Assembly (NCBI GenBank): GCA_963977445.1
Contig: CAXBPH010000226.1
Coordinates: forward strand, 1-11,419
DNA from: an uncultured bacterium
GTDB lineage: Bacteria > Hydrogenedentota > Hydrogenedentia > Hydrogenedentales > JAEUWI01
Length of the DNA: 11,419 bases
Direction of reading: 5' to 3'
Each line of letters begins with the position of its first letter. The stretch's first letter is position 1. Of this stretch, positions 1 through 5,787 are shown in pieces. The position numbers and the translations under genes are program-made. The notes beneath the pieces were generated by a model. That model searched no databases and was not told the DNA's origin. It was given only the letters and a program-made list of their open reading frames with translations.

Positions 1-1
1 C

Positions 2-89
2 AAGCTTCCCCGGTGGGCGTGGATGTCCCGTTGTTGGCGCTGTCAGACCAACGCCAGCTTCGCCAACTTCGGGACAGACTCGCCCCCAT
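2..89. repeat. REP/REPIN-like imperfect palindromic repeat, copy 1
   Basis: AAGCTTCCCCGGTGGGCGTGGATGTCCCGTTGTTGGCGC(T/A)GTCAGACCAACGCCAGCTTCGCCAA is repeated at 144 with 1 mismatch, followed by a more diverged 3' end. Internal inverted arms are GGGCG-N4-TGTCCCG-N3-TTGGCG ... CGCCAA-N3-CGGGACA-N4-CGCCC. Confidence 0.75.
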
Positions 90-143
90 GTTGTCGCGTT
101 GCATGGCCCAATACACGTCGCTTCAGCGAACGTCTCCCAGCAT

Positions 144-230
144 AAGCTTCCCCGGTGGGCGTGGATGTCCCGTTGTTGGCGCAGTCAGACCAACGCCAGC
201 TTCGCCAATGTCAGGACAGGCCCGCCCCAT
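144..230. repeat. REP/REPIN-like imperfect palindromic repeat, copy 2
   Basis: Direct repeat of 2..89 at an offset of 142 nt. The 3' arm is diverged (CGCCAATGTCAGGACAGGCCCGCCCCAT). The sequences following the two copies are unrelated. Confidence 0.75.
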
Positions 231-294
231 CAGGGTTTCTGCCACCCCGTGCGAGCAGGCCCAAAACTTTCACTTCCCCATTGCTTTACTGAGT

Positions 295-318
295 CGTGGG
301 GGCATACCTGTCCCCGCG
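295..318. terminator. Short GC-rich hairpin just past the acyl-CoA ligase stop codon; possible terminator
   Basis: CGTGGGGGCA-TACC-TGTCCCCGCG gives a 10-bp stem with 2 G-U pairs on the + strand (2 mismatches on the - strand). There is no clear U-tract on the - strand. Confidence 0.3.
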
Positions 319-324
319 CCCTGT

Positions 325-1848
325 TTACGCGATTCGTAATTCCCGTTTCAGAATCTTTCCCGTAGGTCCCTTGGGCAATTCCGGTAGAATTTCCACTTCC
401 TTGGGCCATTTATACTTCGCCATGCGCTCTTGCATATATTGGTGAATTTCGTCGGGGTCCAACACCTGGCCTTCGCGGGCCGACACATAGACCTTGACTT
501 CTTCACCGCGCGATTCGTCGGGAATTCCGATTACGGCTGCTTCAAGAACCTTGGGGTGTCCGTAGAGCACCTCTTCAATTTCACGGGGGTAGATATTCAT
601 GCCTCCACGAATTATGAGGTCTTTCTTGCGGTCGACAATATAGAAGAATCCATCACTGTCTTCCTTGCCCATGTCACCCGAGTGGAACCAACCGTCAACG
701 ATGGCTTCCCGGGTTGCTTCCGGCCGGTTGTAGTAACCCTTCATTATATTGTGTCCGCGTATGACCACTTCCCCCACTTCGTCGGTATCGGCGAAGGAGC
801 CATCTTCCCGCTTGATAGCGATATCGACGCCCCAGATGGCCTTTCCGATGGAGCCAACTTTGAGTTCGTCCCCTGCTTTGCTGAAGGTGGCAATGGGACT
901 CGTCTCGGACAGTCCGTAGCCTTCCAGGATGGTAATTCCGAAACGTTCCTGGAAACGGCGGTGTACATCTTCCGGTAAGGCCGCGCCGCCGGAAACAGCG
1001 TGGGTAATCGAACTGAGATCGTAGCTACCCGAATCGGCATCGTTGAGCATGAAGAAATACATGGTTGGTACCAGGGCGATCAGTTTCACTTTGTCGCGCT
1101 GGATAACTTCCATGGCCTTCTGAGTTTCAAAACGGGGCAGCAGGGACATGGTCGAACCGGCGAGGATAGAGGCGTTCATCAGGCAGGTCTGACCGAAGGA
1201 ATGGAACAGGGGCAGCGTAACAAGACAGACGTCGCCAACGGCAGGCTTGGTAATCTCGCGGGTCGAATAAAACGCATTGAAGAAGAGATTAAAATGAGTT
1301 AACTCGGCGCCCTTTGGGGCACCGGTCGTACCTGACGTGTAGAGGATTACTGCGGTGTCATCGGGCATGGTCTGGACTGTGTCGAACTCGGCCTCGGCCG
1401 CCATGATCATGTGCATGAAATTTTCACCGACGGGCGGCGCATCCATGTCGGTAGGTGCGCTGACGGATATATAGTGCTGGCAGGATTCGGAGTTATTGAA
1501 GGCCTTCGTGGCTTCGGACTCGAACATTTTGTAGGCAAAAAGGGCCACCGCTTCCGAATCGGTTAGATAGTGCTCGATTTCGTGCTGGGTGTACAACACA
1601 TTTACGGGCACAACGGTCGCACCTGTATGAAGGATACCGTAGTAGATAATCGGGAAATGGGGCGTATTCGGCACCATGAGGGCAACTTTATCCCCGCGCC
1701 CAATCCCCTTCGCCGCCAATGCACTGGCGACACGCTTCGCAGCCGCCGCCATTTCCGCGTAGCTCAAGCGATGCTCATCCAGGATAACGGCGGTAACGTC
1801 TGGGTGTTCCTTGGCGGTAACATCCAGAAAATGGGCCAGATTTAACAT
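325..1848 (-). CDS. fadD: Long-chain fatty acid--CoA ligase (AMP-binding enzyme, FadD/LcfA-like), 507 aa
   Basis: Adenylate-forming motifs YTSGTTGAPKG, GYGLSE, GWFHSGD, IVDRKKDLIIRGG and the C-terminal catalytic Lys motif PKGPTGKILKR. AGAGGAG SD upstream of the ATG. Substrate chain length is inferred. Confidence 0.88.
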   Translation of the reverse strand: MLNLAHFLDVTAKEHPDVTAVILDEHRLSYAEMAAAAKRVASALAAKGIGRGDKVALMVPNTPHFPIIYYGILHTGATVVPVNVLYTQHEIEHYLTDSEAVALFAYKMFESEATKAFNNSESCQHYISVSAPTDMDAPPVGENFMHMIMAAEAEFDTVQTMPDDTAVILYTSGTTGAPKGAELTHFNLFFNAFYSTREITKPAVGDVCLVTLPLFHSFGQTCLMNASILAGSTMSLLPRFETQKAMEVIQRDKVKLIALVPTMYFFMLNDADSGSYDLSSITHAVSGGAALPEDVHRRFQERFGITILEGYGLSETSPIATFSKAGDELKVGSIGKAIWGVDIAIKREDGSFADTDEVGEVVIRGHNIMKGYYNRPEATREAIVDGWFHSGDMGKEDSDGFFYIVDRKKDLIIRGGMNIYPREIEEVLYGHPKVLEAAVIGIPDESRGEEVKVYVSAREGQVLDPDEIHQYMQERMAKYKWPKEVEILPELPKGPTGKILKRELRIA

Positions 1849-1941
1849 GAAACACTACTCTCCTCTGTATCGATGCAAAAAGATGTAGAACTATATGTCG
1901 CCCATATACTTCGAATTGTACTATTCGATTGGCGAACTAGT

Positions 1942-1952
1942 CTGACAGTCAG
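1942..1952. promoter_or_regulatory. Palindromic operator candidate CTGAC-A-GTCAG overlapping the -10/+1 of the ligase promoter
   Basis: Perfect 5-1-5 inverted repeat, extendable to TA-N2-CTGACAGTCAG-N2-TA, in a typical repressor position. Confidence 0.45.
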
Positions 1953-1980
1953 TGTAATCCCATTTTTCTCGGTTTTTCAA
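1951..1980 (-). promoter_or_regulatory. Putative sigma70 promoter of the acyl-CoA ligase
   Basis: Minus strand TTGAAA (1980-1975)-N18-TACACT (1956-1951), about 100 nt upstream of the start codon. Confidence 0.55.
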
Positions 1981-2035
1981 GGCAAAAGGTATTCCAGAAT
2001 GGATGAGCCCAATGGAGCACGGGCAAAAAGCAATC

Positions 2036-3439
2036 TCACGAGCTCTTGAAAGCATTCACCAGCTGAGTCACCGTCGCCTTGGCGTCGCCAAAAATCATGC
2101 GGGTATTTTCCTTAAAGAACAGTGGATTCTGGATTCCCGCGAATCCGGAGGCCATGCTGCGTTTCAACACAAACACCGTGCGGGCGAGGTCAACGTTGAT
2201 GATCGGCATCCCGTAAATTGGGCTCCCTGGGTCTTCCCGCGCGCCGGGATTCACCACATCGTTCGCACCGATGACGATGCACACGTCCATCATCTCCATG
2301 GTCGGATTAATATCGTCCATCTCTACCAATTGCTCATACGGCACATCCGCCTCCGCCAGGAGCACATTCATGTGGCCCGGCATGCGACCGGCAACGGGGT
2401 GTATGGCATATTTTACTTCCGCACCATTTTCCTCCAGCAGATCGGCCAACTCGCGTACCGCGTGCTGGGCCTGGGCAACGGCCATGCCATAGCCCGGAAC
2501 GATGACGACCGAAGACGCGGCTTCCAACACGTAGAAAGCGTCATCGGCCGTGATTGCCTTGGCCTCACCAAGTTCCTCACCGGACTGGACGGTACCATCG
2601 CCACTCCCAAAACCACTGAACAGCACGTGGGACAACGATCGGTTCATGGCTTTGCACATGATGTTGGTCAGTATGATACCGCTGGCACCCACCAGGGAAC
2701 CCGAGACAATAAGCACCGTATTGCCTATGACGAATCCAGCGGCGCAGGCGGCAAGACCGGAGTAGCTGTTGAGGAGAGAGATAACGACGGGCATATCGGC
2801 CCCGCCAATCGGAATGGTCGCCAGGATGCCAAAGACGAAGGCCAGCCCCATGGTGACGTAGAAGGCCACCTCAGCGATGGGCGCATCCGGGTTGACGACG
2901 AAGATGACGCCGGCCGCCAGTACCGACATGAGCACCAGACCATTGACCCACTGCTGCCCCGGAAATAAGACGGGTTTGCCTCCGATTTTTTCGGCGAGTT
3001 TGGCATAGGCAACGATGCTGCCCGAAAACGTAACCCCACCGATGAGTACAGCCAGGAAGGTGGCAAGCACGGGGACCACCATATCGGCGCGGGGAATTTC
3101 GAGATAATGACCGGCCCCATGGTGGTAAGCGGCCCACCCTACCAACAAACTGGCAAGGCCGCCGGTACCATTAAAAAGGGCCACGAATTCGGGCATGGAT
3201 GTCATGGATACCCGAACGGCAGCAGCAAGGCCGATGACACTGCCCAGAAGCACGCCTGCAATAATCCAGGGAAAGCTAACAATCTGCTGATCCAGCAAGG
3301 TCACGACGATAGCCACCAGCATCCCTGCGGCAGAGAGGGTATTTCCCCGCACGGCGGTCTTGGCGTTGCCCAACATCTTGAGTCCCAGAATAAAGAGGAC
3401 CGCCGATACGATATAGCTGAGTTCGATGAGTGTGTTCAC
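2036..3439 (-). CDS. pntB: NAD(P)+ transhydrogenase subunit beta, 467 aa
   Basis: Multi-TM N-terminal half. Conserved IGGADMPVVISLLNSYSG, AMNRS, VPGYGMAVAQAQ, HPVAGRMPGHMNVLLAEA, IGANDVVNP and KRSMASGFAG. The GTG start overlaps the pntAb stop (GTGA). Confidence 0.97.
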   Translation of the reverse strand: MNTLIELSYIVSAVLFILGLKMLGNAKTAVRGNTLSAAGMLVAIVVTLLDQQIVSFPWIIAGVLLGSVIGLAAAVRVSMTSMPEFVALFNGTGGLASLLVGWAAYHHGAGHYLEIPRADMVVPVLATFLAVLIGGVTFSGSIVAYAKLAEKIGGKPVLFPGQQWVNGLVLMSVLAAGVIFVVNPDAPIAEVAFYVTMGLAFVFGILATIPIGGADMPVVISLLNSYSGLAACAAGFVIGNTVLIVSGSLVGASGIILTNIMCKAMNRSLSHVLFSGFGSGDGTVQSGEELGEAKAITADDAFYVLEAASSVVIVPGYGMAVAQAQHAVRELADLLEENGAEVKYAIHPVAGRMPGHMNVLLAEADVPYEQLVEMDDINPTMEMMDVCIVIGANDVVNPGAREDPGSPIYGMPIINVDLARTVFVLKRSMASGFAGIQNPLFFKENTRMIFGDAKATVTQLVNAFKSS

Positions 3440-3720
3440 TTGCCTGGCCCCTTCGACTTAAACATGGCCAGCATGCGATGGGTCACCCAATAGCCCCCCA
3501 CGACATTAATGGTGGCAAAGACCACGGCGAAGAATCCCAACGCGGTGGCCAGGGTGTCGTTGCCGGATTGTCCTGCGGCGAGCAGGGCACCCACTATTGT
3601 AATACCCGAAATCGCGTTGGCGCCCGACATCAATGGCGTGTGCAGTTGGGAGGGGACCTTGTTGATCAATTCAACCCCCAGAAAAATAGCCAGCACAAAG
3701 GTAAATAGGAGTAAAATCAT
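3436..3720 (-). CDS. pntAb: NAD(P)+ transhydrogenase subunit alpha part 2 (membrane), 94 aa
   Basis: KVPSQLHTPLMSGANAISG and INVVGGYWVTHRMLAMF signatures. Three hydrophobic helices. Start abuts the pntAa stop. Confidence 0.95.
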   Translation of the reverse strand: MILLLFTFVLAIFLGVELINKVPSQLHTPLMSGANAISGITIVGALLAAGQSGNDTLATALGFFAVVFATINVVGGYWVTHRMLAMFKSKGPGK

Positions 3721-4854
3721 TTATTTGCCCTCCCGTCGAAGACGTAGCATTTCATTGCGAATTTCACCATCCTTGATAATGAGACAGCCATCCATGATCT
3801 CATCGCTGAGGTCCAGCGGGAGTGACTTGGTCTCCTCATCCCAGAAGTGCTCAATTAAGTTACTTATATTCGCGCTGTACATCTGACTGGCATGGAGCGG
3901 CACCTGTCGTGCGAGATGAGCCAGGCCCACAATTGTGACGCCATGGATCTGGGTACTTTCTTCGGGCACTACGCCTTCCACATTACCGCCACTATCTACC
4001 GCACCATCCACCACCACACTACCAGGTCGCATGGCGGCGATCATGGCATCGGTAATCAGGATGGGAGCACGTCGTCCAAAGACCTGGGCCGTCGTAATCA
4101 CCAGGTCCGACTGCGCGACAACCGCGGCCATCGCCTCCTGCTGCGTTGCACGCTGGGCGTCGCTCAGGGCAGTGGCATAGCCGTCCTTGGTCTGCCCCGT
4201 CTCCCCCAGATCCACTTCCACAAACTTCGCACCGAGAGAGCGCACCTGCTCGGCCACGGCGGGCCGGGTGTCGAACGCATCAACACGGGCACCGAGACGC
4301 TTGGCCGTTGCAATAGCCTGAAGTCCGGCTACGCCCACGCCAATAATAAAAACGCGGGCTGGTTTCAGGGTACCCGCCGGGGTCATCATCATCGGCAGAA
4401 TCTGGCCCAGCGCATTGGCTCCCAGCAAGACCGACACATAGCCGGCGAGATTGGCCTGGCTGCTGAGTGCATCCATCTTCTGGGCCAGCGTCGTTCGGGG
4501 TATAAACTCCATGGCGATGGCATTGAGTTTCCCCGCAAGCAGGGCATCGACCACATCGGGTGAATTCAAGGGGTCTAGATAACCGATATACAGGGCCCCA
4601 GACTTCATTTTATTCAGCAGAGCCGGGTCGGGCGAAGCGAGGCCGACAACGACATCGGCGCCTTCTATTGCGCCATCGGTGGCAATTGTGGCGCCGCTTT
4701 CAAGGTACGTGGCGTCGGACCACCCGCAGGTTTCGCCGACGCCTGCGGCGACGATGATTTCTACCCCCCGTTGGCTAAGCTTTCGAACCGTTTCCGGTGT
4801 CAGGGGCACCCGCGGTTCCATCGGTGTTGTTCCATTTGGCACATATAGCTTCAT
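3721..4854 (-). CDS. pntAa: NAD(P)+ transhydrogenase subunit alpha part 1 (soluble NAD(H)-binding domain I), 377 aa
   Basis: EPRVPLTP, RTTLAQKMDALSSQ (RQD loop), GVGVAGLQAI Rossmann motif, DLVITTA and GGNVE. Start reassigned to the ATG at 4854 (MKLYVP...), which has GGAGG upstream and matches the usual family N-terminus. Confidence 0.95.
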   Translation of the reverse strand: MKLYVPNGTTPMEPRVPLTPETVRKLSQRGVEIIVAAGVGETCGWSDATYLESGATIATDGAIEGADVVVGLASPDPALLNKMKSGALYIGYLDPLNSPDVVDALLAGKLNAIAMEFIPRTTLAQKMDALSSQANLAGYVSVLLGANALGQILPMMMTPAGTLKPARVFIIGVGVAGLQAIATAKRLGARVDAFDTRPAVAEQVRSLGAKFVEVDLGETGQTKDGYATALSDAQRATQQEAMAAVVAQSDLVITTAQVFGRRAPILITDAMIAAMRPGSVVVDGAVDSGGNVEGVVPEESTQIHGVTIVGLAHLARQVPLHASQMYSANISNLIEHFWDEETKSLPLDLSDEIMDGCLIIKDGEIRNEMLRLRREGK

Positions 4855-4975
4855 ACCCGTCCCTCCAGAACGCGGCATCCCCCATTTCCCCCGACGCATG
4901 CCGGATGACGATGCTCGCATTAATGCGCCCCTCTTAAACACATAAGCAGTGAATACCTCAAGAGGACCACTTTTG

Positions 4976-5005
4976 AGTATAGGGCGAAAATCAACCCCAT
5001 GTCAA
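4976..5005 (-). promoter_or_regulatory. Putative sigma70 promoter of the pnt operon
   Basis: Minus strand TTGACA (5005-5000)-N18-TATACT (4981-4976). Predicts a ~115-nt 5' UTR. Confidence 0.7.
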
Positions 5006-5147
5006 GAATCAAACATGCAGGTAGGAAATAATCAAAACACGAACTAAATCACCTATTAAGGTACTGGCACCACATCGCTTATGGTCATCCCCCCGACCTC
5101 CCCCCCCGACAATTTGGTATTGTTTTGTGTGGATTCGAGAAATCCTC

Positions 5148-5202
5148 CACGCCAATATAGTGCACAATCTGTCCTCTCAGAGAAAATACCCCAATATAGG
5201 GT
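5148..5202. promoter_or_regulatory. Two partial NrdR-box-like sites (5148-5163, 5187-5202)
   Basis: CACGCCAATATAGTGC and TACCCCAATATAGGGT share CCAATATAG and match mainly one half of the acaCwAtATaTwGtgt consensus. Confidence 0.3.
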
Positions 5203-5233
5203 AGCTCCAGGAGCGGCGCTCCCACCGTTTAGG

Positions 5234-5249
5234 ACACTATATATAGCGC
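5234..5249. promoter_or_regulatory. NrdR-box-like palindrome
   Basis: ACACTATATATAGCGC matches consensus acaCwAtATaTwGtgt at 14/16 positions. Confidence 0.7.
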
Positions 5250-5288
5250 AAGCGTCATACACGAAACTACCGTCTACTTTGGGCAAAA

Positions 5289-5304
5289 ACACAACATTTT
5301 GGGG
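5289..5304. promoter_or_regulatory. NrdR-box-like palindrome
   Basis: ACACAACATTTTGGGG keeps all core positions (C4, A6, A8, T9, T11, G13). Confidence 0.55.
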
Positions 5305-5329
5305 TCTTCTATGTAAAATAAGGCATACA

Positions 5330-5345
5330 TATCCAAATATTGTGT
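5330..5345. promoter_or_regulatory. NrdR-box-like palindrome
   Basis: TATCCAAATATTGTGT keeps all core positions. It lies 41 nt (~4 helical turns) from the previous box. Confidence 0.55.
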
Positions 5346-5376
5346 ATATTTTTCTGATTTTAGGAGTCATAAAGGG

Positions 5377-5405
5377 TTGACAACCCCTATATGTTGTGCT
5401 AGGAT
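5377..5405 (+). promoter_or_regulatory. Strong putative sigma70 promoter (extended -10)
   Basis: TTGACA (5377-5382)-N17-TAGGAT (5400-5405) with TG at 5397-5398. The predicted +1 at ~5411-5412 coincides with the first base of the long RNA stem. Confidence 0.75.
5384..5399. promoter_or_regulatory. NrdR-box-like palindrome filling the -35/-10 spacer
   Basis: CCCCTATATGTTGTGC keeps all core positions and sits in a classic repressor position. Confidence 0.7.
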
Positions 5406-5411
5406 GACCAC

Positions 5412-5595
5412 GGTGTTTGGAACAAGAGACTGTTAACACAACAGTACTTCGCGTCTTCAGGGAATACCGCAGCCCAAGACCCCTGATATAAAACGCAACC
5501 GTGACCCTCTTGCGCCTAGAACACGGAACTGTGTTCCAAACACTCCCGCACATGAGGGCGGTGGATTCCCAAGGTCCACCGCCCCCTTCCTTTTT
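5412..5595 (+). ncRNA. Candidate structured non-coding RNA or cis-regulatory leader (~185 nt), family unassigned
   Basis: A 13-bp closing stem, GGTGTTTGGAACA (5412-5424) / TGTTCCAAACACT (5532-5544), encloses three hairpins. The segment is bounded by a promoter and a terminator-like hairpin and contains no credible ORF. Confidence 0.55.
5556..5595 (+). terminator. Intrinsic terminator-like hairpin
   Basis: GGGCGGTGGA (5556-5565) / TCCACCGCCC (5575-5584) form a perfect 10-bp stem (plus 2 G-U pairs), followed by CCTTCCTTTTT. The U-run is offset by 6 nt. Confidence 0.6.
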
Positions 5596-5659
5596 ATGGT
5601 CTTCGCCGAAGCGCCCCCTCCCCTCCATGCGGGAACAATTCGATTGCCCCCCCAACAAC

Positions 5660-5688
5660 TTGATCCGCACGTCGGAAGGTACGATAAT
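5660..5688 (+). promoter_or_regulatory. Possible separate promoter for the giant surface-protein gene
   Basis: TTGATC (5660-5665)-N17-GATAAT (5683-5688), downstream of the terminator and 100 nt before the ATG. Imperfect match. Confidence 0.3.
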
Positions 5689-5787
5689 CTGGATTACCGT
5701 ACTAAGATGGGTAGTCGCAGGGCGGTGTGGTGTCCCACCTACCTGTTGATTCCCTATTTCTCTTTTCCATTATTGAGGTGTGGTGCA

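Noticed and set aside
2..230. CRISPR array
   Set aside because: Only two units, repeats of ~88 nt (far longer than typical CRISPR repeats), and no cas genes in the window.
13..365. ORFs 13..339 and 99..365
   Set aside because: They run through the palindromic repeats, overlap the ligase 3' end and show no recognisable protein features.
3140..3200. Asn instead of the E. coli beta-His91 in the PntB proton channel (ALFNGTGG)
   Set aside because: Known natural variant in three-subunit transhydrogenases, so not novel.
4855..4941. 29-aa N-terminal extension of PntAa (406-aa ORF call)
   Set aside because: The ATG at 4854 has a clear GGAGG SD and matches the family N-terminus, so the extension is better explained as 5' UTR.
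430..4945. Plus-strand ORFs (e.g. 430..978, 2003..2968, 3892..4563) and off-frame minus-strand ORFs
   Set aside because: Shadow frames of the well-supported fadD and pnt genes.
4947..4964. Rex operator near the pnt promoter (CAGTGAATACCTCAAGAG)
   Set aside because: Only the left half resembles TTGTGAA-N4-TTCACAA; the right half does not match.
5089..5110. CCCCCCGAC direct repeat with C6/C8 tracts (also C7 at 5647-5653) as a phase-variation site
   Set aside because: The tracts are short and lie outside any coding sequence or promoter spacer.
5120..5400. Replication origin
   Set aside because: Only one or two degenerate DnaA-box-like 9-mers and no dnaA/rep/par genes. The recurrent motif fits the NrdR box better.
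5457..5482. SRP RNA (TCAGG...GCAGCC) or cobalamin riboswitch (AGGGAA...AGCCCAAGACC)
   Set aside because: It lacks the SRP GNRA-capped helix with AGCAG, and lacks the cobalamin GGTGNAANTCC T-loop, CCCGCNACTG and GGGAAG elements. 6S is also doubtful because the closed domain is only 133 nt and branched. A cmscan would settle this.
5056..5749. ORFs 5056..5670 (-), 5081..5380 (+) and 5501..5749 (+)
   Set aside because: Atypical composition and no motifs. They cross promoter, operator and terminator elements in an AT-richer regulatory region.
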